Origin: Nitrospirota bacterium
Lineage (GTDB): Bacteria > Nitrospirota > Nitrospiria > JACQBW01
Length of the DNA: 64,000 bases
Direction of reading: 5' to 3'
Assembly: GCA_016178585.1 (NCBI GenBank)
Contig: JACOTA010000013.1
Span: 3,183-67,182 of the forward strand
In this document: piece after piece, positions 1 to 13,346 of the stretch
How positions within the stretch are numbered: the first letter of the stretch is position 1
Layout: each line of letters starts with the position of its first letter
The notes under the pieces: generated by a model
What the model saw: the letters and a program-made list of their open reading frames with translations, nothing else
Database searches by the model: none
Told to the model about the DNA's origin: nothing
Position numbers and translations under genes: made by a program

Positions 1-1915
1 AAACCAGACTTGAAAGTAAAAAAACGACCAGCGCCATCTGGGCCATATTCTTAAACTTACCGGTTGTTAATTCCTCGTTGATGGCAATCGTCTGGGGAAG
101 GCTCCCTCCGATGCTAACGGTTATACCCGGAGGAAAATTCTCCGCGATAACGGTTTTGGATTTTTTATAAATGGTTTCGGCATTGACAGTGCTGTCATCT
201 TTTAGATAGACCCAAACCACCGTTTGCCGATAATCGTTATCGACAAAGTTATCAAAATCCTGGGGATCTCCCGAAATGGAATAGAGCAAGAGGTATTGGG
301 CGATTAATTCCCGGGTTTCTGGAAGCTTGTTATAAGCCGGATCATCTCCATGCATCGCCTGGTTCATTCGTTTCATCATATCCGCCAGGGACTGGGTTTT
401 ACCGACATAGGGCTGACCGTCCAAAAACTTCTGAAGGGCGGCCATCCCCTGAAGAACACGCGGATCTTTAATGCTATCCTGTTCCCGTCCCTCGATTAAG
501 AAAAAGATAGAATCCGTTCCGCCAAACCTTTTATTGAGAATCACATCGTCTTTTCGGACTTCGCTATTAACGCTATTATATCGTTTAATACTGCTGTCGG
601 CATGAAGCCGTGTAATTCCCATAAACGCAAAGCCAATAAACAGAACCGCGGCCCCTAGAATCCACGCGGATTTTCCGCCAACCAGGTTCTTCGATAATGT
701 TAAAAGCATCCGATCGAGAAAATCGGCCTTCTGCTCGCGTTCAACCTCCCGGCGTTTCGGCGCGGGCAGGAGCGAACGGAGAACCGGAATAAAGGTCATT
801 TCTAAAATCAACGCCCCCAGGACGCCCGAACCCGCAAAAACGCCAAAATGCCGGACCACCGAAATCCCCGCCGTCGTTAACGAATAAAAGGTCACAACGG
901 CGATCAAACCGGCGGTCAGCATGACGGGTCCCACCTTGACCAGCGATTCAATGACAGCCTTTTTGCTGGCGTCCCGCGGAGACATCGTCTCTCTCTCCTG
1001 AAGCTTGTGATATTCTTCATAGTAACGCTTTAAAATCTGAATAGCATGGCCGGCCGCAACCGCCATAATTAAAATGGGCGTCGTGGTATTCATCCCATCC
1101 ATGTGGACGCCCAGCACTCCCATGAAGCCCAAGCCCCAGATCACGCTCAAAATGGCGGTTAGAATGGGCAAAAACATTCCTTGAAAACTTTTGAAGGACC
1201 AATATTGAATCCCCATAATAATTAAAAGGGCGATTCCAAAGTAAATCGGCATTTTAAACATGTGGTATTCAAACCAGGCCAGGCCGACCGGAAGGCCTCC
1301 CATAGAGATATTCACCTGGTCGTCCCGTTCCCTATCCACCACCTTTCTGATCGATTCATAAAGCGCGGCATAACTGGGGTTTTCCTTATTGACTCTGAAA
1401 TCGGCGATGATTGCGGCTGCTTTTCCATCAGGAGAGACCAATGAATTAATATAGATTGGGTTGGAAGCCACCGCCGCTTTGAGACGTTCAATTTCGGCCG
1501 GAGTCTGGGGAATCGTCTCCATCATCTGCCGGACCTCCATTCCCTCCGGAGTTCCCTTAATTTCTTTCACCTTGCGGGCGGCAAAACTGATGATGTTATG
1601 CCGAACCGCCTCCGGAATTTCTTCAATCCCTTGCTGGATGCGCTGAATTTTCGCCAGGACAGCCGGCTGATAAACATCCCCATTTTTCGGAATGATTCCA
1701 ATCACCGTAAAGTTTCTCCCGCCAAAAACATTTTCAAGCTGTTTGGTCGCCTTGACATAGGGATGGGCCTGCGGAGCCCAGATATCCGGATCCATATCGA
1801 TTTTCAAGCTGGTAAGCCTTGATCCCAGAAACAGGGTTACGGCTGTAATCATTAAAATTGTAAACAGGCGATGACGAATGATGAATTCTGTATAGCGGCG
1901 AAATATTTGGGTCAT
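1..1915 (-). CDS. RND/MMPL-family exporter, N-terminal part (gene runs off the window start)
   Basis: Minus-strand reading frame from ATG at 1915 (RC ATGACCCAAATATTTCGCCGC..., AGGAG about 9 nt upstream), open to the window edge by hand translation (MTQIFRRYTEFIIRHRLFTILMITAVTLF...). Hydrophobic N-terminal TM followed by a large loop region typical of RND/MMPL. Sits directly downstream of a TetR gene, a classic regulator-pump pair. Not in the ORF track because the stop lies outside the window. Confidence 0.5.
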   Translation of the reverse strand, partial: MTQIFRRYTEFIIRHRLFTILMITAVTLFLGSRLTSLKIDMDPDIWAPQAHPYVKATKQLENVFGGRNFTVIGIIPKNGDVYQPAVLAKIQRIQQGIEEIPEAVRHNIISFAARKVKEIKGTPEGMEVRQMMETIPQTPAEIERLKAAVASNPIYINSLVSPDGKAAAIIADFRVNKENPSYAALYESIRKVVDRERDDQVNISMGGLPVGLAWFEYHMFKMPIYFGIALLIIMGIQYWSFKSFQGMFLPILTAILSVIWGLGFMGVLGVHMDGMNTTTPILIMAVAAGHAIQILKRYYEEYHKLQERETMSPRDASKKAVIESLVKVGPVMLTAGLIAVVTFYSLTTAGISVVRHFGVFAGSGVLGALILEMTFIPVLRSLLPAPKRREVEREQKADFLDRMLLTLSKNLVGGKSAWILGAAVLFIGFAFMGITRLHADSSIKRYNSVNSEVRKDDVILNKRFGGTDSIFFLIEGREQDSIKDPRVLQGMAALQKFLDGQPYVGKTQSLADMMKRMNQAMHGDDPAYNKLPETRELIAQYLLLYSISGDPQDFDNFVDNDYRQTVVWVYLKDDSTVNAETIYKKSKTVIAENFPPGITVSIGGSLPQTIAINEELTTGKFKNMAQMALVVFLLSSLV

Positions 1916-2006
1916 CACGATCTCTCTCCTTTAGCTATTTTCACCCATCTAATATTGTTATCAGTTTATTGTCACTGATAAAAAAAATCTGTTCTTATCT
2001 GCGCTT

Positions 2007-2645
2007 CTATTTAAGAAAGGATCCGTCAGGATATTTTTTTTCAAATAAACATTTTAGGTAAAGTTTATACTGCAGAATGTTTCTTTCAAAAATTCCGTTA
2101 TCCTTTTTGGCCTTCGCAAGGATGAAAGAGCCCTCTACCAGGGAAATCAAGTGCTCCGCAAGACTCAGAGTGTCGAATGGCGCCTTATGAGCATGAAGGT
2201 CCTTTGCTTGATCCAAATCCCGCTTAAATCTGTTAGCCCATTGATCAAATCGCGCGGCGCATAAAGACCGGATTTCAGCATGGGTCTCGGCAAGTTCCTG
2301 TGTAAAATTTCCGAGAATGCAACTTTTCGGGGCTTCCGGATGTTTTGACAATTGAATTAAAAAATCAAGATATCCGTAAACACGCTGAAGCGGATCGAAT
2401 TCCTGATTGAAAGGTGCCATTTCTATCATTTCGGACATCTTGTTGGAATAAAATTCTAAAACCGCTTTTCCAAGCTCTTCCTTGCTCTCAAAATAATGAA
2501 AAAAGCTTCCCTTGGTAAACCCGGAGGCATCACAAATTTCGTCGACGGTTGTAGCCGGAAATCCCTGCTTCAGCATCAATTGTTTTGCGGCTTCAAGGAT
2601 TTTTTCTTTAGTGGCAGAAATTTCTTTAATGACCTTCATATTCAC
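2007..2645 (-). CDS. TetR/AcrR-family transcriptional regulator
   Basis: 212 aa. N-terminal HTH signature TVDEICDASGFTKGSFFHYFESKEEL. Located upstream of the RND gene. Confidence 0.8.
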   Translation of the reverse strand: MNMKVIKEISATKEKILEAAKQLMLKQGFPATTVDEICDASGFTKGSFFHYFESKEELGKAVLEFYSNKMSEMIEMAPFNQEFDPLQRVYGYLDFLIQLSKHPEAPKSCILGNFTQELAETHAEIRSLCAARFDQWANRFKRDLDQAKDLHAHKAPFDTLSLAEHLISLVEGSFILAKAKKDNGIFERNILQYKLYLKCLFEKKYPDGSFLK

Positions 2646-2728
2646 AAACCTACTAGTTGGTATATTTTTGTTTCATCATATTTTTATCATACCTTCGGAT
2701 TCATTGTCAACTTTTTAAATTTAAGCAC

Positions 2729-3334
2729 CTATTTTGATTGAGAGGTCATTTGTTTTTCAGTCCCTGCCAACAGTCTTTTGATATTTTCGACGTGTTTCAG
2801 GTAGATGATTAAAACGACCAGGACCGCAAAGAAAAGATAATCTTTTTCCCCCAAAACCAGGAAGGTCAAGGGAAGGAGCCCAAATGAAACAAGCCCCCCG
2901 AGTGAGGAATACTTCCAGGTAAAATAGACCCCGTTCCAAATGATGAAGGTAATAATGGCTACCGCGGGGGAAATTCCTAAAAGAACACCGAAGCTGGTGG
3001 CAACCCCTTTTCCCCCTTTAAACCTCAGATAAATTGAAAAAATATGTCCCAGGATAGCAGCAAGGGCTACCGTCGAAATCCAGAAAACGGTGGGCGTCAT
3101 CTGCTTTGCGATTAGGACAGGAAGTGTTCCCTTCAGTGTGTCAAGGGTCAGGGTCATAAACGCTGTTTTTTTATTGGTGGTGCGCATGACGTTGGTGAAG
3201 CCAATTCCACCGCTTCCTCCTTTCCGGGGATCCATCCCGGCAAATATTTTCGATAAGATCAGGCCAAATGGAATACCGCCTAAAAGGCAGGAGATTGTCA
3301 CGATCATTATTCCGGATACAATTGAAGAATCCAA
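2729..3334 (-). CDS. plsY: Glycerol-3-phosphate acyltransferase PlsY
   Basis: 201 aa polytopic membrane protein with the PlsY signature FKGGKGVAT. TTG start (RC of caa at 3332-3334). Confidence 0.85.
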   Translation of the reverse strand: MDSSIVSGIMIVTISCLLGGIPFGLILSKIFAGMDPRKGGSGGIGFTNVMRTTNKKTAFMTLTLDTLKGTLPVLIAKQMTPTVFWISTVALAAILGHIFSIYLRFKGGKGVATSFGVLLGISPAVAIITFIIWNGVYFTWKYSSLGGLVSFGLLPLTFLVLGEKDYLFFAVLVVLIIYLKHVENIKRLLAGTEKQMTSQSK

Positions 3335-3350
3335 ATTTCTAATCCTTATT

Positions 3351-3439
3351 TATATTCAGGGGCCGGTGCGCCCCGCCTTCGGCGGATGCTCCGATGCCCC
3401 CCGAACCCCGCGTTCCGCACCGGCTTAGCCGGTTGCTTC
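3351..3439 (-). repeat. F1 structured intercistronic element, copy 1 (pgsA|plsY)
   Basis: Conserved ends TATTCAGGGGCC ... CCCCGAACCCCGCGTTCCGCACCGGCTTAGCCGGTTGCTTC. Confidence 0.8.
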
Positions 3440-3445
3440 CCTTAC

Positions 3446-3979
3446 CTATTTATAGGCCTGTCTGGCGTAATTGACAAAATACTGAATGCCGGAAATGACT
3501 GCAAGGAAAAGCGAGACCCACATAAAAAAAGTCCCCAGGAGTTGAAAATTTAAAGGGAAAGTTAAATTCCAGAGGAGGAGCGAAATCGCGGTAATTTGAG
3601 CCCCCATTTTATACTTTCCGAGAACATCAGCGGGAATGATAATATCTTCCATCGCGGCAAGGGCTCTAAGCCCGGTCACCGCCATTTCCCTGCCGATTAA
3701 GATGACCACAATCCACGCTTCAACGCGATGAAAATTGACCAGCAGGATTAACGCGGAAATGACCAGAAGTTTGTCTGCGATCGGGTCCATGAGTTTTCCC
3801 CATTTGGTCACTTCTCCTCTTTTCCTGGCAAGATATCCGTCAAGAAAATCTGTCAGGGATGCCAGCAAAAACGTTACGGTTGCAAAAAAAGACCGGATGG
3901 GAGTCGGGTCCAAATAAATAAATATAAAAACGGGAATCATGGCTATTCGGAGAAGCGTCAGAAAATTAGGAAGATTCAT
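3446..3979 (-). CDS. pgsA: CDP-diacylglycerol--glycerol-3-phosphate 3-phosphatidyltransferase
   Basis: CDP-alcohol phosphatidyltransferase motif DFLDGYLAR...GKLMDPIADKLL. The ORF track extends to 4090, but the typical start is MNLPNFLTLLRIA at 3979, which overlaps the upstream gene's stop by 14 nt. Confidence 0.85.
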   Translation of the reverse strand: MNLPNFLTLLRIAMIPVFIFIYLDPTPIRSFFATVTFLLASLTDFLDGYLARKRGEVTKWGKLMDPIADKLLVISALILLVNFHRVEAWIVVILIGREMAVTGLRALAAMEDIIIPADVLGKYKMGAQITAISLLLWNLTFPLNFQLLGTFFMWVSLFLAVISGIQYFVNYARQAYK

Positions 3980-4883
3980 GACTCGCGGATCCGTACCGGG
4001 TTTGCCAACGGTTATGCATCCAGACCCACTGATCAGGATGCCGTTTGATGGTTTCTTCGATAGCCTTCGTAAAATAGGCGGTATTTGCATAAATATTTTC
4101 TTCCAATGTCCCCTGCTGAATCAAAGGAACAGGCCCGGTCAATGAAACCACATGACGATCGCCGGGTTCACGATGGATAAAACCAAGAATCACCGAAGCC
4201 CCGCTTTTCAGGGCTAAAGACGCGGCGCCAGAAGGGGTAAAAGCTTTTCGGTTAAAAAAATCTACAAAAACTCCTTCCGCTTCGATATCCTGGTCGATTA
4301 ACAAACCCAAAATCTGATTGTTTTTAAGCGCCGACAAGATTTTTCTCGCCCCTTTTTCTCCCCCTCGCGTAATCGTTTGCACCCCGTGAAGCGAGCGAAA
4401 TTGATTCATGATTCGATCAAGCCGGGAATCATAAAGGGGCGCCGCAATCACATTCGTCGGATACCCTTTAATCGAAAGGGCAATCCCCATCAGCTCCCAA
4501 TTTCCGGTGTGCCCTGTAACAAAGACAACTCCTTTTCCCTTCGCGAAGGCTTCCCTTAAGCAGGCCTCCCCTTCGAAGGTTACCATTCGATCGATATTCC
4601 GGGAATTGATTTGACTGAACTTTAAAACCTCTATCAGACTCTTTCCGAGATTTTCAAAACTCTTTTTGAGGATTTCATTTTTCTGGCTGTCATTATACCC
4701 GTCACCAAACGCGAGATTAAAATTATTCCAGGCCCTGTCTCGCTCTTTTTTTAATCGCTGGTAAGCAACCCTCCCTAAAAAACCGCCCGTTGCCAAAGCG
4801 ATTTTCCAGGGTATCAGGAGAATGAGAACAGAAACGACTTTCAGCCCTGCAATAATCAGCCATCTGACCACTTTTTGTTTCAT
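3966..4883 (-). CDS. LpxL/HtrB-family lipid A (Kdo2-lipid IVA) acyltransferase
   Basis: 305 aa with an N-terminal TM. HX4D/E acyltransferase motif VTGHTGNWELMG. Lies within the KDO/LPS gene string. Confidence 0.7.
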   Translation of the reverse strand: MKQKVVRWLIIAGLKVVSVLILLIPWKIALATGGFLGRVAYQRLKKERDRAWNNFNLAFGDGYNDSQKNEILKKSFENLGKSLIEVLKFSQINSRNIDRMVTFEGEACLREAFAKGKGVVFVTGHTGNWELMGIALSIKGYPTNVIAAPLYDSRLDRIMNQFRSLHGVQTITRGGEKGARKILSALKNNQILGLLIDQDIEAEGVFVDFFNRKAFTPSGAASLALKSGASVILGFIHREPGDRHVVSLTGPVPLIQQGTLEENIYANTAYFTKAIEETIKRHPDQWVWMHNRWQTRYGSASHESS

Positions 4884-4903
4884 ATATCAATCAGTCTACA
4901 ACA

Positions 4904-5029
4904 GTCCTGACGTTGAGAAGTGGTCAGTTGCCAGGCCGCAGAATCGAGGCAACGCAGGCGTACGTTAAATGTACGTTGAGGAAGCCGAGATTCGAGAACG
5001 CAGCAAATGGCCACTTATCGACGATCAGG
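4904..5029 (+). ncRNA. F3 structured element, copy a (candidate small RNA; overlaps the kdsC stop)
   Basis: About 125 nt imperfect palindrome. Closing stem CCUGACG...CGAUCAGG and internal hairpin CGUAC-7nt-GUACG. Shares about 75% identity with 32759-32886. Confidence 0.45.
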
Positions 5030-5557
5030 CGAGAGAAAGCCAACCGGCTTGAGGCCTTTCTCACCCATCCTCGCCGATAAAATAAAATCAATCGCTTCGC
5101 GAACGCCTCCCAGACCTCCTGCTTTTTTGGTCACCCAGTCGCACTGATCTTTTACTTCATCAATTCCATTGGAAACGGAAAGAGAAAGGCCGACCCGTTT
5201 TATTACCGGCAAATCAATCAGATCGTCGCCAATATAGGCCATTTCATGATCTTTCAAGTGGTGCTTTTTTAAAATTTCTTCGTATTGTTTAATCTTATTT
5301 TCAACGCCCAGATAACATTCCTCGATCCCCAACTCTCTGGCTCTGATTTCAACCGCTTTTGACTTTCTCCCCGAGAGGATTCCGACTTTAATTCCCTGCT
5401 CCAAAAGAAGCCGGATGCCATGGCCGTCATGGATATGAAATACTTTAATCTCTTTTCCCTGATCGTCGTAATAAAGACGGCCGTCGGTCAAGACTCCGTC
5501 GACATCCATGAGGAAAAACTTGATTTGTCCGGCTTTTTCAATCAGTTCCCGTTTCAT
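5015..5557 (-). CDS. kdsC: KDO 8-phosphate phosphatase (HAD family)
   Basis: 180 aa. Motifs FLMDVDGVLTDG and GDDLIDLP. Adjacent to kdsD and kdsA. Confidence 0.85.
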   Translation of the reverse strand: MKRELIEKAGQIKFFLMDVDGVLTDGRLYYDDQGKEIKVFHIHDGHGIRLLLEQGIKVGILSGRKSKAVEIRARELGIEECYLGVENKIKQYEEILKKHHLKDHEMAYIGDDLIDLPVIKRVGLSLSVSNGIDEVKDQCDWVTKKAGGLGGVREAIDFILSARMGEKGLKPVGFLSPDRR

Positions 5558-5568
5558 CGTTTTTCAGC

Positions 5569-6531
5569 TCAGACAACTCCCATTTTCAGAAGGTCGTGTA
5601 AATGAACAACCCCTACCAGCTTTTCATTCTCATCCATGACGGGTAAAACCGTAATGGAATAGGTTTCCATCACCTGAACCGCTTTGGCCGCCAGCTCCTT
5701 TTCCCCGATAAATTTGGGGTTTTTAGTCATGACTTCTTTGGCCCTTTTTTCAAATATTTTTTCTTCCTTTTCCAACAGCCGCCTTAAATCACCATCGGTA
5801 ATGACGCCGGTCAATTTCCCCTGCCGGCCTGTTACCGTTGTCATTCCCATTTTTTTCCGGGTCATTTCAAACAAGGCTTCTTTTAAGGAACTCTCTTCAC
5901 TTACAATCGGAATTTGGGCCGTCTGGTGCATGATATCTTTTACCCGGAGGAGGAGTCTTCTTCCCAAACTTCCGCCGGGGTGGAAAAAGGCAAAGTCTTC
6001 TTCTTTGATTCCTCTTAATTCAAACAGGGCGACGGCCAGCGCGTCTCCCATTGCCAGCGCCGCAGTGGTACTGGCGGTCGGAACAATCCCCATGGCCCCC
6101 GCCTCTTCTTGAACGCTGACGTCTAAAGCGACGTCGCTTTCCCTGGCAAGAGTCGATTTAATATTTCCGGTCATGGAGAGCAAAAATAAACCGAGTCGTT
6201 TGATCGATGGGAGAATTTTAAGGAGCTCTTCGGTTTCCCCGCTGTTTGAAATCGCCAGGATAACATCTCCTTTTGAAATCATCCCGATATCGCCATGAAG
6301 CCCCTCCGCAGGATGAAGAAAAAAAGAAGGCGCGCCGGTACTGGCCAGTGTGGCTGAAATTTTTTTTCCAATAATTCCGGATTTTCCCATTCCGGTCACA
6401 ACGACCCTTCCCTGACATTGGTTCAGCGCCTCAACCGCCTCAACAAAATTCTGATTAACGGAACTTAAAAGACGGGTCAGAGCGTTCGCTTCAGTTTGAA
6501 GGACTTTTTTTCCGGTTTGAATAATGTCCAT
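5569..6531 (-). CDS. kdsD: Arabinose-5-phosphate isomerase (SIS + tandem CBS)
   Basis: 320 aa. SIS motif GRVVVTGMGKSG with a C-terminal CBS pair. Confidence 0.85.
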   Translation of the reverse strand: MDIIQTGKKVLQTEANALTRLLSSVNQNFVEAVEALNQCQGRVVVTGMGKSGIIGKKISATLASTGAPSFFLHPAEGLHGDIGMISKGDVILAISNSGETEELLKILPSIKRLGLFLLSMTGNIKSTLARESDVALDVSVQEEAGAMGIVPTASTTAALAMGDALAVALFELRGIKEEDFAFFHPGGSLGRRLLLRVKDIMHQTAQIPIVSEESSLKEALFEMTRKKMGMTTVTGRQGKLTGVITDGDLRRLLEKEEKIFEKRAKEVMTKNPKFIGEKELAAKAVQVMETYSITVLPVMDENEKLVGVVHLHDLLKMGVV

Positions 6532-6585
6532 AAACCCTTTGTAAAATGGAGTCCGTGGGTTGGCCGAGACCCAGGAATCAACCTG

Positions 6586-9767
<3,182 letters not shown>

Positions 9768-9771
<4 letters not shown>

Positions 9772-10778
9772 AAAGAATGGTTAAGATCATCCAATAAGGT
9801 TTGCTGAGTCACAGTTGCCGTTCCGACAATCCCGACGACAATTCCGGCGGCATGATTTGCCAAAACCGCGGAATCTTTTAAATTGGCTCCCGCCGAAAGA
9901 GCCAGGGATAATACGCTTACAACCGTATCCCCGGCGCCTGTAACATCGAAAACTTTCTTGGCGACAGTCGGAATATGCGTGACCTCCCCGGAGTTTTCAA
10001 AGAGGCTCATCCCATGTTCTCCCCGCGTAATGAGTACCGACTCGCAATCGAGCTTCTTTAAAATGGTCTGACCGGCTTTCATTAACGACGCTTCATCCTC
10101 TATTTCAATCCCGGAACCCAGGGAAGCTTCGAGATGGTTGGGGGTGAGGAGCGTGACACCCCTATAGATTGAAAAATGACTGATTTTCGGGTCGACAATA
10201 ATTTTGATTTTAAGTTCTTTTGAAAAATTAATTGCCCCCCTGATTAAACTTTCAGTGACAACCCCTTTTTCGTAATCGGAGATGACAATCGACTGATATT
10301 GATCAAGATTTTTTTCCAGCCAGGAGAGGAGTTTTTTCTGGCTTTCGGCGGAAATATCTCCCCGTTTTTCGTGATCAAATCTAACCACCTGCTGACTATG
10401 GGCGATGACCCTCGTTTTCCGGGTCGTTGGGCGTCCGGGTTCCTGAATAATGCCCTGTCCGCTGACCTTCATCTCCCTTAAACGGCGGGTAATCCATTCG
10501 CCGGAAGCGTCCTGTCCAATAACCCCTCCGAGATCCGTTTTACCGCCAAGAGAAAAAATATTATGGCAAACGTTGGCCGCCCCGCCCAATAACATGGTTT
10601 CAGAGGTTACATTCACCACGGGAACGGGCGCTTCTGGCGAGATCCGTTTCACGGTTCCCCAGATATAATGGTCCAGCATTAAATCGCCAATCACAAGAAT
10701 CCGCGACTCTGAAAATTTTTTAACGTAAGACCTTAACGGATGTTCAGCGCGTTTTCTTTGTTCATTCCCAGGTTTCAT
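9768..10778 (-). CDS. hldE: D-glycero-beta-D-manno-heptose-7-phosphate kinase (RfaE domain I only, PfkB family)
   Basis: 336 aa. Motif ILVIGDLMLDHYIWG plus the PfkB motif DVTGAGDT. No adenylyltransferase domain is fused. Confidence 0.75.
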
Positions 10779-10799
10779 AAATTGACGCTCCTTTCGGAC

Positions 10800-11408
10800 T
10801 TATTGAATGAACTTTCCGATTCGATTCCAGCGCACCCACTCATCCTTCCCATCCCATGACCAATAAATGATAAACGCTTTTCCTTTTAACTTATTTTCGC
10901 TGACAAATCCCCAAAAACGACTGTCAAGACTTTGATCGCGATTATCTCCCATCATAAAATATTTACCTTCCGGAACGGTGATGGGACCGAAATTGTCCCG
11001 GTCCTGAAGAATGGCTGTATCGGAGTGGATGATGTAAGGTTCTTTCATGGCCTCCCCGTTGACAAACAACTGTTTGTTTTTAATTTCAATCGTGTCCCCG
11101 GGTTCTCCTATTAACCTTTTCACAAAATCTGTTTTTTCATCTCTCGGATATTTAAAGACCACCACATCGCCATGTTTCGGCTGCCAAGTGTGAATTAAAA
11201 TTGTATCTGAAAAAGGGATTTTAACGCCATAAATAAATTTCAGAACAAAAATATGATCCCCAACCTTCAAGGTTGGAATCATCGATCCTGAAGGTATTTT
11301 GAAAGCCTGAATGACAAAGGTCATCACGATCAGAGCCAAAATCAAGGCGGTTAAAATCGCTTCTACATATTCCCTGATCATTGAAGGTTCATTTTTTCTT
11401 TTGGTCAT
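10800..11408 (-). CDS. lepB: Signal peptidase I
   Basis: 202 aa. Motifs SGSMIPTL and GDNRDQSLDSRFWG. Confidence 0.9.
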   Translation of the reverse strand: MTKRKNEPSMIREYVEAILTALILALIVMTFVIQAFKIPSGSMIPTLKVGDHIFVLKFIYGVKIPFSDTILIHTWQPKHGDVVVFKYPRDEKTDFVKRLIGEPGDTIEIKNKQLFVNGEAMKEPYIIHSDTAILQDRDNFGPITVPEGKYFMMGDNRDQSLDSRFWGFVSENKLKGKAFIIYWSWDGKDEWVRWNRIGKFIQ

Positions 11409-11429
11409 TTCATTCCTTAAGCCTTATTT

Positions 11430-11516
11430 TATTCAGGGGCCCGTGCGGTTTCACTCCGTGAAATCCTCCGATGCCCCCGAACCCCGCGTTCCGCACCGAC
11501 TAAGCCGGTTGCTTCA
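11430..11516 (-). repeat. F1 element, copy 2 (lepA|lepB)
   Basis: Same conserved ends. Confidence 0.8.
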
Positions 11517-11529
11517 CTTCATTTCTTAC

Positions 11530-13335
11530 TTAATCTTTTATTTTAAGTACTGCCAGAAAAGCCTCCTGAGGGATTTCAACCCTGCCGATCTGTTTCATTC
11601 TTTTCTTGCCTTCTTTTTGCTTTTCCCACAATTTTCGTTTTCTTGAAATATCTCCGCCATAACATTTTGCAGTCACGTTTTTTTTCATGGCGGCAATTGT
11701 TTCACGGGCAAGAATCTTGCCGCCGATGGTCGCCTGAACAGCGATCTCAAACATTTGGCGGGGAATCAGTTCTTTCATTTTTTCGGCAATCTGGCGGCCG
11801 CGTTGAGCCGCTTTTGTTCTGTGGGTGATAAAGGAAAGGGCGTCTACGGTTTCGCCGTTCAACAAAATATCGATTTTAACCAGATCCGATTCCTTATAAC
11901 CGATCAATTCATAATCAAAGGATGCATATCCTTTGGTCAGCGATTTTAATTTATCATGAAAATCCAGAATCACTTCGTTTAGAGGCATTTCGTAGGACAT
12001 CAAAATGCGTTTTCGGTCCAGATATTTGTAGTCTTTTTGAATGCCTCTTTTTTCCTGGCAGAGGTTTATTAACGAACCCATGTATTCTTCCGGGGTAATG
12101 ATCGAGGCAAGAATGTTAGGCTCTTCATACGTTTTGACTTTTTGCGGATCAGGGAGTTTGGCCGGATTATCGATGAGAAGAAGGTCTCCCTTTATTGTTG
12201 TAATCCGGTAAACAACGGTCGGAGCCGTACTGATTAAACTTAAGTTATATTCCCGTTCCAGACGCTCCTGGATAATTTCCATATGAAGGAGCCCCAAAAA
12301 ACCGCACCGAAAGCCAAAACCAAGAGCAAGAGAGGTCTCAGGTTCATAACGAAAGGAAGAATCATTTAAGCTGAGTTTTTCTAACGCGTCCCTTAAATCT
12401 TCATATTCGGCCGTATCCTGACAATAAAGTCCGCAAAAAACCATCGGTTTAACATCCCGATAACCCGGAATCTGGACTTCTGCCGGCCGGCTTGCGGAGG
12501 TGACTGTATCTCCGACCTTGGTATCTCCGACTTTTTTTATCGCCGCCGTAAAACACCCGACCTCTCCGACGCTCAGTTCGGAAACCGGGGTCCGGGCGGG
12601 CGTGAAAATACCCAGCGAGATCACTTCAAACTCCTTCCGGTGGGACATAAAAAGAATTCGGTCTCCAACTTTCAGGGTGCCTTCGACAATCTTGACCAAA
12701 ACCACGGCCCCTTCGTAATTGTCAAACCATGAATCGAATACAAGGGCTTTTAAAGGGCCCTCCGGATCACCTGAAGGGGGAGGAACCCTGTGAACGACGG
12801 CTTCAAGAATCTCTTTTATTCCAATCCCCTCTTTGGCGCTTGCCAGGACCGCCTCGTTCGCTTCAAGGCTTAAAATATCCTCAATTTGCTCTTTTGCTTT
12901 TACAATATCCGCGCTCGGCAGGTCGATTTTATTGATCACCGGAATAATCTTGAGCCTGTTGTCCATCGCCAGATTGGCATTCGCGATCGTTTGGGCTTCA
13001 ACGCCCTGCGTGGCGTCGACGACAAGAAGAGCGCCTTCACAGGCCGCAAGGCTTCTGGAAACTTCATAGGTAAAATCTACATGGCCGGGGGTGTCGATTA
13101 AATTCAGAATATATTTTTCGTTGGAATCTGATTGGTAAACCAGCCTGACCGCATGAGCTTTAATCGTTATACCCCGTTCCCGCTCAAGATCCATGTCATC
13201 AAGAAACTGCTCCCGTTGCTCTCTTTTGGTCAAAGCACCGGTATATTCCAGAAGACGATCTGCCAGGGTTGACTTGCCATGGTCAATATGGGCGATAATG
13301 GAAAAATTTCGGATGTGGTTTTGGATTTCATTCAT
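11530..13335 (-). CDS. lepA: Elongation factor 4 (LepA)
   Basis: [17 protein letters not shown] GTPase domain plus the LepA C-terminal domain. Start placed at the second Met (MNEIQNH...) because a consensus promoter -10 sits 2 nt from the first ATG at 13344. Confidence 0.9.
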   Translation of the reverse strand: MNEIQNHIRNFSIIAHIDHGKSTLADRLLEYTGALTKREQREQFLDDMDLERERGITIKAHAVRLVYQSDSNEKYILNLIDTPGHVDFTYEVSRSLAACEGALLVVDATQGVEAQTIANANLAMDNRLKIIPVINKIDLPSADIVKAKEQIEDILSLEANEAVLASAKEGIGIKEILEAVVHRVPPPSGDPEGPLKALVFDSWFDNYEGAVVLVKIVEGTLKVGDRILFMSHRKEFEVISLGIFTPARTPVSELSVGEVGCFTAAIKKVGDTKVGDTVTSASRPAEVQIPGYRDVKPMVFCGLYCQDTAEYEDLRDALEKLSLNDSSFRYEPETSLALGFGFRCGFLGLLHMEIIQERLEREYNLSLISTAPTVVYRITTIKGDLLLIDNPAKLPDPQKVKTYEEPNILASIITPEEYMGSLINLCQEKRGIQKDYKYLDRKRILMSYEMPLNEVILDFHDKLKSLTKGYASFDYELIGYKESDLVKIDILLNGETVDALSFITHRTKAAQRGRQIAEKMKELIPRQMFEIAVQATIGGKILARETIAAMKKNVTAKCYGGDISRKRKLWEKQKEGKKRMKQIGRVEIPQEAFLAVLKIKD

Positions 13336-13346
13336 AAAACGCATGA

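Noticed and set aside
3090-3428. 112-aa + strand ORF.
   Set aside because: It is antisense to plsY and runs into the F1 repeat. The Pro/Arg-rich translation is typical of antisense artefacts.
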